Source: Schmidtea nova (lineage: Eukaryota). Taken from it: a stretch of 64,000 bases of DNA. The stretch is from NCBI GenBank assembly GCA_044892505.1, contig CM097883.1:334614001-334678000 (forward strand), in the 5' to 3' direction. A program made the position numbers and the translations under genes. Below the pieces are notes generated by a model. The model was not told the DNA's origin and made no database searches. It was given only the letters and a program-made list of their open reading frames with translations. How positions within the stretch are numbered: the stretch's first letter is position 1; each line of letters begins with the position of its first letter. Positions 14,042 through 27,459 of the stretch are shown piece by piece.

Positions 14042-15994
14042 TTTATGGGTTTTACAAAAAATGTATTGGTTTAAATTGTTTGGAGTTTATATAGATACAG
14101 AACAAGTAAACATTAAATCTGACTAAAACATTTAATCTATATATAAATTACTTATATATATATAAATAAATTTAGTAAAAAGAATAAGGGGAAATGACTA
14201 TTTGATGGGGGAAAATTCCGAGTGGGAGATGTTGGAGGGAAAAATCCGGGGGGAGATGTCCTGATACTGGTGATGAGGCGGGTGCAAATACAAATCGCCC
14301 CATATTTAAGAATTCTTCCCACGATAATAAATTTGAAACCTTCCGGGTACATTAGTGGGAGTCTCAACAAAGTACTTGGGTAAGTTGGATGAATAGTGGC
14401 GGTCGACATTGATGGGCTATTCTTTGCTACCATGCCACACTATGGTATCGAGGCTGTCCCGGAATAGTCTAAATGGAGGGATGGCTCCAGTCCTCTCATA
14501 CTCTTCACGATGTTCGTCAAAGAACTCCTGGGCTAACTCCTTAGAAATATCCTTGAGCGGCATGGCTACTACTAGGTGAGTGTTATGACATTTATGATCG
14601 ATCTGAGGTCCGTTAATCGGGGTAAACTCTCCATTTGCGCCTCGAATTTGTAGACCAGTATAAAACATGTTTTCTAAATTAATTTAATCTCAAATATTAA
14701 AATCTAGATATTTATACGTTTCCTTTTAAATGTTATCCCACTTTATTTAGTAATTGATTCGGGAGGTATCGTTACCCTTGCCATTATAGATATTCAGAAC
14801 TTTAATTACGGTGCAACGTATGGATTTTTGTCTTCCTACAGGGGTAGTTTTAATTATCATTGTATTGTATCAGGGTGCAAAATATTTAAACGGACCACCT
14901 TGTGAATCTCCATTTATTTCTTGATTTATCGAATTACTCGGGAAGGAAATGCATTTTTTTAAACTTTATCTTTCCATTAATAAACCTCACAGAGTTTATT
15001 TGCGTAATAGTGATGGTTTATTAATGTCGATGTGAAACCCATCGGCAATTCATTCGACCCCACTCACCTCTCTTTACATCGTCAATTATCTCGATTACTA
15101 GACTAATTGGCCATCTATTATCTCGTGGTTAATTATCTCTCAGTCCCGGGCTCCTCCTAATACGGATGGATTCTATCACAAATTACCTATTGTCATCAGT
15201 AATTATTGTTAATCAACGCAATTACATTGAATTTCGATAATTATCCCTGGCGCTATACTCATCGCATGCCTCCTCGTCTTAACTTCCATCGCAAAATGAC
15301 TATAATCGGTGATGGGAGGGAACATTTAGATTTTATTTTCTTGATCGCTGTAATTACCCGAATCTTTCACTTTGTAGCCTTACTTTCACGGATGACTCGT
15401 ATGGATTCATTTGCACGACACACTACACTATTACGTAATACTCCATGAGACGCGCTTCATGGTATCGTCGGGAGCATGTTTGTCTCGATTTCAATAGAAT
15501 TTTTGGTCAGATTTTATTTATTCTATCCGGCGGAATTTGGTCTGGATATCAACCTCAGGGTATTAAAATCATCATCATTGACGTAAAAAATTTAAGAATC
15601 AAATATGGGCATTTCCAAGCCGACTAAAACTATTATGAAATTTTCTTTTAGGGTTTTTTAACGGTGAATTCGGTTCCAACATTTATTGGCATAATAATAA
15701 AATACTTATAAACTTGTTACAATTATTGCGATGCACGAAAGATGTCTATCCGAGTGATGTGTGATGGGTATTGATGTCTATCAACGGAAAACTTTGTTTC
15801 AAAGTTATCTGTTCTAACACAATGTTTTAAACAAATGCTGCAGTACAAATGCTGCAGTACTAGATGTACAAAACTGGAAAATTGCTTGCTTGGAAAATGG
15901 ATGATAATGATTGCACGATTGATATATCTATATCACTATGTTGTTTTTTGTTTGTGTTATCAGTGAGTTATTTTGCTGACTTGAGCGCCCCTTA

Positions 15995-16304
15995 TATATT
16001 CATTTCGACACTCAAGCAGCCAATCAGAATCGACCAAGCCTTTTATTGGCTAAATGGGCCGATTTCTAATTATTCGATTTTGTTTTTAATTATTTGTCTT
16101 TCGTGGTTATTATTTCATTAAATTCATTTAATTTCCATGTATTCTCTTTTTTTCTGTTTCTTTTGGATTTTCTTGTTTCTATTTTATTTTATTCATTTCT
16201 TTTGAATTGTCTCACTCTTTTATATTTTCTTTCGTATTTTCATTAAACATTTTTGTTTTGTTTTATTTAATGCGGTGAACTTTTGTGTATGTACTAACCC
16301 AACG
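15995..16304 (-). repeat. Candidate LTR 5' terminus of a related element (second fragment)
   Basis: gcagccaatcagaatcgaccaagccttttattggctaaatg and end gtactaacccaacg, alignable to 10090-10427. Confidence 0.45.
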
Positions 16305-19223
16305 CAAATGATTAAAAAGTTCACTCTTTACACACTAAACAGTCCGAAACTAGTTCTACATTAACCAACATCTAATTAGTCATCCAAATAATAACGGTCT
16401 TGATCAACCAATCATCTACTAACAAATATCTTGGTACATTTTTAAATAAAAAAAATTATTTAGTTAGTACTTAATAAAATGATAACAATTAAATATATTT
16501 TAAATTTAATTATCAATAAGAAAAACAATATTCAATTGTCAAAATCAAACAAAATTGGTTTACTCTGATACTATTATTTAATAGTAAAAATAAAATTAAA
16601 AAATGGGTAAGTTTTTTATGAAAGATCTCTTTAAGTTATTGACATTGTACAAAAATAATTAAAATTCAAATAAGTCATTAAAAAATTAAACAAAGGTAAT
16701 AAATTCGATTTAAAAGAGATCTACATTCAAAATAGAATATTTAATTTTTAAAATTCATAACCAGTTACAAAACAACTACCCATCAATCAACCAATACCAA
16801 ATAATTAAATAATAAACTAAAAATCAAATAACTAACAATCAATACCAACAAAGCAGCCAAGAAACTAACTAGATTATTGTTAAATTCAAGCAAATAGTTT
16901 CTTAATATGTGGGTATTAATACAAACTGGTACAAATTTTGATGTTCTTATATCATCACATAAGAAATATTATTAACTGGGTTCTACTATTAGATGGTGAA
17001 CATCAGTCAAAGTTTGTATTGGTTTTTGTTTTTAATAATAATAGAAAAAATCTTGAAGATATTTATATTTGACCTACTTGATATAATATTGGACCTTGCA
17101 CAAGAAAAATTGCATATTTGCAACCATAAAGTGGCTCAGAAAGAGAACAATGAAAAACTCTGACAATTATTAAAAGCCATACGAGAAGAATTTCGTTCAG
17201 TAAAGAATCTAGTGAGTATAAAGTGAACACGTCTACTGCGAAATAGCATGTTGAAAGCTCGTAAGTAACAAGAGAAATTAGATCGACTAATAACAGCATG
17301 CAATGGGCGGATATCAGTAACTTGGTAATTCAACGCACAGAAATCCCAACCGCATTCATTCTCAGACACTTTCAGGATTACAATTCATACGCGATCAATG
17401 GTATCTGAAGAATCATACTGGGAATTAGTTGTTTTGACCGGTAATGAAAGTGGTCCTTCTAAATGGTTGGCACGTAATTCATTGGCTGATTTTGATAGAT
17501 CAGGCCTAGAAAAAAAACAATTCAGAATGGAATAGTTAAAACGACAATTTACCCGATAAGCTCAATTATTCTGATAATGAAATAACCTTGACCCTGTAAC
17601 ATGTATTTTCTGAGAGCCTGGAAAAAACAGCGTTAAATTCCTAAAAAAAGTTTGTAGGATTTTTAAAATATGACAAGAAATGTTTCTCGAAAAATACTTA
17701 AAATGGATTGCATTTAACTTATTTATTTTTAACTAAAGACTATATAGGTCAAAATTGTTTTCATGAAGAATTTCGGGTCTATACAAATATATCAAAGGTG
17801 AGGAAAATAAAACAGGTAAATAAAGCTACACCTCAGTTACTTATGAAATATAAAATATAAATGTTCATTCATCTTCCATGGAGAAAATTGGCAATATAAA
17901 GCTTTGAAATCCTTCGCTGATGATATATTTGTATTTGTTATTGTTGGGCCAAAACTGAAAATTGTTTGAATGAAGCAGCAACATAAAAAGAAGAGAGCGC
18001 GCAAGATTCCAATTTAATCAAAACATCAAGTAAAACCGAAGTAGTTAAGTGAAATCACATCTAAATATTAAAGTGGACCAAAGTGTATTAACAAGTAGAG
18101 AGAGCGCAAGATTCTAATCTAAAGTCCTTTAACCAAAACATCAAGTAAAACCAAAAGTGCCCTAAAGAAACGTGTCTAAAAAGCTATAATAGACAAAAAA
18201 CACATTGAATATGCACATGGAGAACGCATTCATGATATAAAACCTCGGTTGTGGAAATTTAACATGTTTTCAGAAGTAAAATTGCGATTGTATCTCAAAA
18301 ATTCGTAAAAATATAAAATAAAATAATTTTGATCGAAAATGTAGCAAATTAAATCAAATTAGAAAAAACTTTAATTCAAAAGTAAAATTTTGGATTGAAA
18401 ATAAATTATTTAAAGTTTTATGAAAATTTGATGTAAAATTATTAATTTACTTTTGTGGAAAATTATTGAAATTAATTTCGAGAAAATTAGATACTCCTTC
18501 TAGAACGATTTGTTTTAATACCTCAGTGGAAATAAAAATGCAGAAAAATTTATATAAATACCGCCATCAAAATCGAGAGAATTAACATAAATGATATTTT
18601 GCAAAAGATTTGCGGGAGAATTTTGTTGCTAAAAATTTTGAGGTTTTTAGCAGGGAAATGTTAACAAAGAATCTCTTACTACTACTATACCAGTGTGACT
18701 ACCAGAATATTACGAAAGAAGATTATTTGTGGTCGTGAATCGAATTATTCGTAAGAAACTTGATTTTGTTTCCTAATTATAAAGCCCCGAGAGATCATGC
18801 CCTCGCTACCCGGCCTAGGTATTTTTCCTTATTTTAACCTTAGTCTATGTGTACTATATGATATTTTATGTATTCTTTTATGAAAATTATAATTTTTATT
18901 AAATCTCGTCACATTTTCTCATAAACTAATATCATTTTATTATTATTTATCATATATACATCTATATTTTTTATGTACTTTATTAAAACCACTTCCATAC
19001 ATTCTGACATCCGCCCGGCCTTGTGCTGTACGGATGAAAGTAGCCTCGGTGGATCGCTGTTCGGTTCGTAACTGGCCAGCCCATTTTTCCGCCTCTGGTG
19101 AAGCCCAAACATCCATAATCACTTCATCCCAACTGGGGAACAGTGGCTTGGCCAAGGGCAAGGTTTTTCATATTAATGATCATCAATTTATATTAATGTA
19201 TCTGCAGTTAAATCGTTGAAGAA

Positions 19224-19456
19224 GGGACGAAATGGGCATTAAACCTTCTATCGGTAGCCTTGAACCCAGGAGATATTCGGTCAATCAGAGTTTCGAATTT
19301 TCGACGCTCTCTGATTGTGAATACCCACCAATTTGTTGCATTATCAACGTTACATTGTGACGGGCAACAAGATGGTTAATCTAATGTTTTATGTGTTGAG
19401 TTGTTTATGTGAGCCATAGCAACGTCAAGGTCATATTGACGATCAACAACCCACCA
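19224..19456. repeat. Dispersed repeat family A, copy 2
   Basis: Alignable to 2846-3079. Confidence 0.9.
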
Positions 19457-19800
19457 TTATAAAGAAACAACAAAAGATATATTGAAAATTTTGAATTTAG
19501 AAATATAAATTATAAAAAAAATATTTCGATTTTGTAAATATACATTTATAAAAACAATAAAAATTAGTGAAAATTTAATTTTTAAAATCTAAATATAAAA
19601 AGTGTATAAAACGGTTAAAATTAATTTTAATTTTAAAAATATATAATAACAGCAACATTGTTATTATGTGTGTGATCGAAAAATAAAATTTTGAAACAAA
19701 AACAAAAAGTTCAAATTTTTTCAAATATATAGTTTTATACCTTTTATAAACAACAACATTGCAAGTTAACAAAGACATTTATATTTAGATGCAATTTAGT

Positions 19801-19843
<43 letters not shown>

Positions 19844-20079
19844 TCATAATTATCTTTTTTCACCTTTGATCTTTTTTTATTATTATTATCAATAATTCTC
19901 ATAATGACTATAGATCAAAATTTTTTTTTATAAACAATAACACAATATTTCGGCACAGCCTTTATCAAGTGTGTAATAATAATAATAATAATAAAAAGTA
20001 AAAGCAGAAAAAAAATCATAAAAAAGTTTTAAAATAATAATTATAATTACTTATAAATATAAAAGATCACTTTTCAAAA

Positions 20080-20083
<4 letters not shown>

Positions 20084-20149
<66 letters not shown>
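20084..20149. repeat. (TA)n microsatellite
   Basis: Direct reading. Confidence 0.98.
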
Positions 20150-20152
<3 letters not shown>

Positions 20153-21014
20153 AGTGTGTAAAAAGTTTAAAGGTAATTGTTATTTTTATGATGATGATTA
20201 TTGTCATTTTGGTATGAGGTTGTAAGCACCGTCATTGCTATGGACGGTGCCCTTGCGGTCACCAGGGACCCCCCCCCTTATTTTTTTATAATGTTGAATT
20301 TTATTATAAGATTAAAAATAATTAAAGAATTTAAATAAAATTTGAATTATAAAATTCAAATAGCTTACTATAGGAAACTATAGTAAGCTAAATACAGAAT
20401 TGAAAAAAATAATCAATTTAGAAATAATACTTACTAATAATTGTATGAAATTCATGGCAATAGCTTTTTGCTAATTATATATCTACAATAAAGAACTAAC
20501 GGATTTTTAGCTACCGAGATTACCAAAGAGAAAATTATCACTTAAAAATTACAAATACTAAAGAAGATTCGGAACCTGCTAATAATTATCAGAGAAAATC
20601 TGAAAATCTTTAACAACTGAAATTACTAAAGAGCTGATCAAAAATAAGAAATTTTCAAAAGATTGAAAGAAAAAGAAAAAGAAAAAGGAAAAATTACTAA
20701 TTAATTCTAAAAATAAATAAAGAATATTTTTCAACACTCCAAAGAAACGCTTTCAAGTCCAACTGATCACTCCGAACGTCTATAATAAAAATAAAGTAAC
20801 TGTTGTAAAATTGTGTTTAGTAACATTTGCGATAATAGTTTTAATAATTAATTTATCTCATTGTTGATTGTTTTATATTATCGCATAAACTCTATCAATA
20901 CAAAGCATACACCCCGAGTGTCGATACACTGTTAACTCCAGACTCTCTCGGGCCCTACAAATACTTCTAAGACATAGTTCACAAAATATATACTCTATTA
21001 CACCCCATATAGAC

Positions 21015-21017
<3 letters not shown>

Positions 21018-21090
<73 letters not shown>
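21018..21090. repeat. (TA)n microsatellite
   Basis: Direct reading. Confidence 0.98.
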
Positions 21091-21092
<2 letters not shown>

Positions 21093-21450
21093 CTAAGACA
21101 AAAAACAAACAAAATAGTTTCTCAGTTTTAATTGATTACACAATAATCATATAATCATCAATTGTGGTTCTAAAGAGGACCATTATTTCTTTCTCAATCT
21201 GTTTTCTGATTTCTTTTTTCCTTTTAATTCTGTTTTTTCTTTTGATTTCTTTTTTGCTAATCCCCTTAGCCCTTATACTCGCCTAGTCTTCCATCAAGCT
21301 ATAGCATTTCGATCGAATAAACACAAATTCTTTATACAATAGCTCTTTATTCTCGTCTTTGAACTTTACAATGAATTAATGAAGGTTTCTGCTGTATAAA
21401 GGATGTATTGGGTTATAATTGGAAGTGTCAACAAGCAATCATTTATCATA

Positions 21451-21561
21451 GCCGGTAAAAGAACGCCAAGTCTAGTTTTTTACCAAAAGAAAAAAGTAAT
21501 CAGTAATACTGATTACTTTTTTCTTTAGGTAAAAAACTAGACTTGGCGTTCTTTTACCGGC
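21451..21561. repeat. 111-bp near-perfect palindrome (55-bp arms, 1-nt centre)
   Basis: gccggtaaaagaacgccaagtctagttttttacc...cagta-a-tactg...aaaaaactagacttggcgttcttttaccggc; one mismatch between arms. Confidence 0.95.
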
Positions 21562-22633
21562 CGAACTTTGATTTGAACTTCGATTCGGACCTAAGTTCAA
21601 ACACTTCGGAAACTTCGGACTTCGGCAATAGACCCTGTACGATCCAAATAGTGAAATTTTGCTTGAGCGATAATAAATTATTATTGTTCCGTGATTATTT
21701 ACATTAAAATTAATGGCGACACGCAAACAATGAAAGTAAATAAAATCTTAGTTGTTGTTGTTCATTTTTCTTTACTATCGATTTTCCTTTCTACGGCTAT
21801 GTCATACGAACATTGACAAGTCTAGCCTAGCCGTGGCTGTATCGCTGTGTACACAATAGCCGTTCATGTTCATGCATCTCTATTCTCTACACTATAGCAG
21901 CCCTATACATCAATCTCCGACTACCCTTAGCATAATCTCGATTGATTCGAGCCACGATATGGGGGGGCAGGCGCTTGAATAGGCATGGCTTGCGAGGCTG
22001 AGGCTACTGTAATACCACAATTAATTACCGATCGCAATCTAATAGGCCTAATAATAATTTTACTCTGTCTGAAATTTATTGCTTGGGCACTATTAGACTT
22101 GAGTACTGTCAAGAGAGAAATACCACATAATCTACACATTTAAATTAATGTTGAGCACATTTAAATTTATTATGTCATCTATCGTCTCTGTATGTCGACT
22201 CTCCAATCTTATTGCATGCCTGATGGAAGCAGCACAAGATGCCACGCGCGTGTATGCAGTTCAACTGAGTGCATATGTCAATGTCATGCACGATGATGTT
22301 CGTATACCGTACCTATCGACTTTATCGACAATAATACTTATTATAAAATTATATAGAAATAATTGTGTCATTTTTCTGTCATAAAATTGTGTGTCATAAA
22401 TGAATGATTTATTCATTAGGTAAAATATTAGACTGAGCAGAACTGCCAGTTGAGCATCCGATTCACTTTCCACATCATCACATGCGAAAATCTCCATAGC
22501 TCCACACCCCTCCCCAGTGTACATAATATATATAAAAGCCCATCAAATTTGAAATCGAAAATTTTAAATATATTTCTTCAACAAAATTAATAAATTAGAT
22601 TTAAATATTAAAAATAAATGAAATTAAATAAAT

Positions 22634-24547
22634 ATGGCTAATGCTATGAGAAGTAAAATTTGGAATTTCTTTGAAATCAACGCTGTGGATGAATCTTTTG
22701 CTAACTATGGGACATGTAGAATGAAAATGAAACGTGGCGGCAAGGATCCAAGATCATACGGAACAACAACATTAATCAACCACCTACGTTCTAAACATCC
22801 GGACAAGTACAAAGAATATTCACAGGCGTGTGATTCTGCAAAGAAACGACAAGCTGAAGAGGAAGAAAATCAACTCAATGCCGCAGCTAAGAAGCCAAAG
22901 CTACAAACTCTGGATGCATGTATTGAACGTACACGTCCATTTGAATCGGGCCATCCTCGTCAGATCCTCATAACGAAACTAATTGGTGAGATGATAGCCT
23001 TGGATAGTCAGCCATTTTCGATTGTCAGTGACGAAGGATTCCGACGTGTTCTGCATCAATTGGAGTCCAGATACGTCATTCCAGACGAGACTTATTTCTC
23101 AAGAACAATCATACCGGACATGTTTGCTGCAGTGAAGTCGAAAGTCAAGAATCTCATCGGAGATGCCAAACTTCTGTGCTTCACGAGTGATGTGTGGACA
23201 ACCACCAACAGCCTAAATGGATTCCTCTCTTTGACAGCACACTGGATCGACAACAATTGGGAACGCAAATTTGTGGTGCTGGCATTTCGAGGAATCAATG
23301 GACATCACACCGGTAAGCTGATTGGAGATACCATATTGGAATTGTTGAATGAATGGGACATTGATGCAGGCAGACGTGGAACCTTCGTTCGCGATAACGG
23401 GTCAAGCATGGTGAAGGCCGCTAGTGTTGCAGGCTTATCAGATCTAGGCTGCTACATACACACGATTCAGTTAGTGGTGGGTGCAGGATTAAAGAAGACG
23501 CAAAAGGCTGTCATTGACGCAGTTGCAGTTTCCCGCAACATTGTAACTCACTTCCGGCATTCACCATTAGCCAATGATCGACTGGAAGAGATTCAAAAAT
23601 CTTTTCAGCCGGATGCTGCCGGCAACCCATATCCCGTCCACCGCCTGATACAAGATGTACAGACAAGGTGGAACTCCACGTTTTATATGTTGGAACGTTT
23701 GATCGAACAGAGAAAAGCAATATCTCTCTACAGCCAAGACAACGACGTCACCAATCTGACAAACAATCAGTGGAACTTAATCGAAAGGGTCGTGTCGACA
23801 TTGCGTCCATTTGAAGAGGAAACGCGGAATGCTAGTTTGTCAACTGCAACAAGCGGAATGATTATTCCAAGTGTGCGTGTACTTCAGGCAGTTTTGACGA
23901 GACCAGCAAAGGAGGGTGTCGACCCTCAGGGTGACGACCTCGGCATTCAAACAATGCGTGCTGAAATGCTTGCGGATCTCAGCCGCAGGTATGCTAACGT
24001 TGAAAATAATAAGCTGTGCGTGTTATCTACTGCTTTGGATCCAGTGTACAAGCTTCGTCTCTTTAACGCGGAAACTGCTGCCACTGCAAAACAATGGCTT
24101 CTGGATGCAATGAATGCTGTAACGTCGACGGACAACTCGCGTGATGAAGTGCCAGCAGGCCCAACACCTTCCACATCATCTTCATCAGCCACATCTGCTT
24201 TGGATAGCTACTACGACGACATGCTTGGAGCTACACAATCCAACTCTACAGATTCCGGTAATCTCCAACAACAGCTCGATGCATATTTAACGGAAGCGTG
24301 CAACCAACGACACTCGCCTCCAAAAGATCCAATAGAATATTGGAAATCAAGGCAATACACCTATCCTCAACTTGCACTGGTCGCCAAACAATTCTGTGCT
24401 TCTCCTCCTTCCAGCATGGATAGTGAAAGAACCTTCAGTTTGGCTGGTCTTATATGCGATGACCGTCGATCAAACTTAACACCAGCCAAAACTGAGATGC
24501 TTCTATTTTTAATGAAAAATCTCGATGTGGTCCGTTTTGACTACTAA
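22634..24547 (+). CDS. hAT-superfamily (Ac/ZBED-like) transposase, uninterrupted 637-aa ORF
   Basis: BED finger (IWNFF..TC..HLRSKH), FTSDVW (D), RDNG (D), CYIH (CxxH), TRWNS, SERTFS (E), C-terminal dimerisation motif YW..YP.LA..A. Confidence 0.95.
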   Translation: MANAMRSKIWNFFEINAVDESFANYGTCRMKMKRGGKDPRSYGTTTLINHLRSKHPDKYKEYSQACDSAKKRQAEEEENQLNAAAKKPKLQTLDACIERTRPFESGHPRQILITKLIGEMIALDSQPFSIVSDEGFRRVLHQLESRYVIPDETYFSRTIIPDMFAAVKSKVKNLIGDAKLLCFTSDVWTTTNSLNGFLSLTAHWIDNNWERKFVVLAFRGINGHHTGKLIGDTILELLNEWDIDAGRRGTFVRDNGSSMVKAASVAGLSDLGCYIHTIQLVVGAGLKKTQKAVIDAVAVSRNIVTHFRHSPLANDRLEEIQKSFQPDAAGNPYPVHRLIQDVQTRWNSTFYMLERLIEQRKAISLYSQDNDVTNLTNNQWNLIERVVSTLRPFEEETRNASLSTATSGMIIPSVRVLQAVLTRPAKEGVDPQGDDLGIQTMRAEMLADLSRRYANVENNKLCVLSTALDPVYKLRLFNAETAATAKQWLLDAMNAVTSTDNSRDEVPAGPTPSTSSSSATSALDSYYDDMLGATQSNSTDSGNLQQQLDAYLTEACNQRHSPPKDPIEYWKSRQYTYPQLALVAKQFCASPPSSMDSERTFSLAGLICDDRRSNLTPAKTEMLLFLMKNLDVVRFDY

Positions 24548-24899
24548 TAAACTAATGAATTCTATTAACTCATCGGACAAGATGTATATATTTATATAAA
24601 CACTTGTATTTTTTTATTTTTTCGTTTCACGTTACTTTGCTTGTTGCGAACAGATCTATGTTATATAATTTACATCCATGTTTCAAAAGACAACAAAATG
24701 AACACTTCTCAATATCTTGTATTATCACCCATTGTATAATTTTTTCAGTTTTATTGATATGATTCATTTGATTAATTATTAATAAAAATAATATCAAAAT
24801 TATCAATAATGTTACATTTTTTAAATAACTGTTGATAATAAAAGGTAGTTATTACAATTTATTATAATTTTGGTTAGCGTTGATTCCTTTCTTGGTATA

Positions 24900-26960
24900 A
24901 TATGCGTCTTGAATCGCCGTAGGTCATTGCAGTAGGTACAGGTCCTTAAATTATTTTCGCGCACCAGACATTTGATTCAACTTCAGCCCAACCATATAAA
25001 TTATTTATATCAATATATAGTAATACGGTATCCGGGCCTGTTTTGACATCATGTTTATTGACAAACGTTAGCCCGCCACGGATACCGTCCTCTAAAAAGT
25101 TATGCATGTCCATATCGGTAAGGAGCTCAATTGGAGAGTTTAAAGTTAATAATGCGGAATTCCATGACATGCCGCGAATTCCTAAAAATGTTAATGACTG
25201 AAGCCTGTTATCTTTAATTGATCTTACCCGAACTTGCTGAAAATAATCAGCCAAAAGTAAGAGCTTTAAATAATCAAAAAGTGAATTACATGATGTTTCA
25301 ATCCAAATTCGTTAAGCTGCTGCGTATTCTACTGGCGTAACATGTTTCCAGATAGGAGGTAAGAATAAAGTCGATCTTAAAACTTCCAAAGAAGTAGCTA
25401 CATCATAAGGAAAGATACTTTTGGCTGTTATTATTGTGCCGCGAAATTCTGATTAAGTTAAAGGTAATGAAGTCAGAGTTTTGACAGCATTATTTAAAGA
25501 CTCGCTGACAAATTGATTCGAGTCAATAAACTAAACTGTTACGGTGTCAATATAAGCAAAAAGACTTCAAAACTTTTCGCTAGTTAACCTGTTAACCGGG
25601 CTGGACGTATAATTACGTTCAAGCAAAAGACATGTCTTAAGGCCTTAAATTTTCGCAAATACAAAATTTAGCAAGTCTATTTCTTTGCATCAGACCACCA
25701 AAAAGATATTTATAGGAAAAAATATGAATATGCATATATAATTAAACAATTTGAAAATTAAGAGTTTATTATTATTCGTAATTATACGTCCAGCCCGGTT
25801 AACAGGTTAAGGGAATACAACTTATATTCCAAGAATTATATTTGGAAAGATCATGTTTTAAAATATGGTGTAGATCATAACCCTTTAAATTATGAAAGAT
25901 GACAGGAAGTATATGTCTAATTTGTCTGGATTTATTGCAAGAAGAACTAGCAGCTCCAAGAAATTTACCGGAAAAATAGTCATGATCCCGAACACTGTTA
26001 TTTAATAATTTTTTGCACAAGTAACAAGTTGAGCTGTTGTCAAAAGATAATTGTTGGGTGGCTGTAATAATCATTTTCTTTTGATTATTTTAAAAAAAAT
26101 ATGGCGTCACTATATATTTTCTTATAGATTCAATTTCATTAAAAAATTGATCGACGCAATCTAAAACGAAGAAAGATTTATAAATTTTAACTCCAGTAAA
26201 ATTATTAATAAGAAGGAGACCGGCCGAAATAGGTAAATGCTTCTGAAAGTGCCTTGTGTCTCTAGGTAAGATAGCTTCAAAGTCATCGTAAATAACAAAA
26301 GGAGGAGTGACTGTTTTTACCAGTCCGTAAATTCAAGAAAATTAATTTTGGGAAATGTATATAAGGTGGTACCCAACTGATTTTTATTACAAAGACCCAT
26401 ATGTCTATTAAAAGCCTCATCATTCCTAAAATCGTTTAAGCATTGAGGACACCACTGACTACAAATCCTAACTGGTGTAATTGAGCTATTTCTACAATTT
26501 AGAAAATCTATTTAAATATGTAATGGTAAGATAATGATAATTGTTCTTATTTTCTAAAAGTTGTAAATTTATAGGTATTCCTCCAACTACCTTACTACGG
26601 TAAATGATATTTATAAAGTGATGTTTCATAACTACATCATCAGAAATATCTATCAATGCCTTTTCATCATAGGTAAGAATTTTAATACTATAGCCAGTGC
26701 TTTGTCGCTCAAATTTACTTATATTAACCAGTTTCATGGGCGTTTCATTTGGCCCATAATTAATTTGTGTAAGATCATATGAAGTAGGACAATTTTTATA
26801 TTGTCTGTCTATAGTGTCATATTTTACAATAGATAAAAAACTATAAAGAAAACAAAAGTCGCCATTATTAACTACATTTACAGGACAACTTAAATTTTTT
26901 AAAGATTTTGGGGTTTCGATAAAACTAATGCCTTCTTATTTTGGAAAATTTAGTAAGAAC
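24900..26960 (-). pseudogene. Polinton/Maverick-type protein-primed family B DNA polymerase with EndoVII-like finger, degraded
   Basis: Fragments in the expected order: N-terminal NNGDFCFLYS, PFVIYDDFE, CYLC..VRDH..GKFLGAA..CN, PVIFHNLKGYD, FIDS, IFPY, SWNSAL..ELLTDMDM..GIRGG, LYIDINNLYG; multiple stops and frameshifts. Confidence 0.85.
25588..25806. mobile_element. 219-bp piggyBac-type MITE inserted in the polB relic
   Basis: Perfect 30-bp TIRs (cctgttaaccgggctggacgtataattacg at 25588-25617; inverse at 25777-25806), TTAA on both sides (25584-25587, 25807-25810). Confidence 0.95.
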
Positions 26961-27111
26961 AAAGCTTGTCTACTCTATCTTACTTATTGTCCAATTGCTC
27001 CCTTTCTCATTTATTTTAACTATTTTCTCATTTAAATTAGCAATACCTTTATCAATGAAGGTATCGCTCCAAACTCTGGCAGAATTTGAGATGAGGTAAG
27101 ATTGTAATTCA

Positions 27112-27459
27112 TGCTGCTGTGTTGGTTTGATGTACAACTGAGATCATTAAGATTTTATACGTTAGGGTGATCTCGCCAACATAAAAACATTCCCCCGCTG
27201 ACACCCATGATGTATCCCTAACTACTCATCATGTTGGTGCTGTGTCAACGTTGTGAAATGACAAGGCAGGTGAGCAACCTTTCGGCTACTATTCCCTTGT
27301 TTATTCACGGGTCCACCACTACCGATAGAAGGTGTCTGTGGATTTCTTTCGGTCCCACTTATGCTCTTTTCCATTGTTCTAGGGTGATCTACTCTTAGCG
27401 CATCTGCAGTTTAAATGAATCCGGGTTTTAGTTACATTCGATTCTCAGACATTCCACAA
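27112..27459 (-). repeat. Terminal 348-bp LTR stub (third copy of the LTR 3' end)
   Basis: Matches 29313-29660 and 55436-55783 (one mismatch seen, at 27117); forms the outer end next to the TSD. Confidence 0.92.

Noticed and set aside
14152-15627. Short ORFs in a moderately GC-rich stretch
   Set aside because: No recognisable motifs; may be decayed element sequence but cannot be supported
17136-17400. ENECGWDFC resembling a Ulp1/SENP catalytic Cys motif
   Set aside because: Single short motif with no supporting His/Asp context; frame interrupted
24548-24950. Right TIR of the hAT element
   Set aside because: No reverse complement of TAGACTTGGCG found downstream of the transposase, so element limits are not claimed
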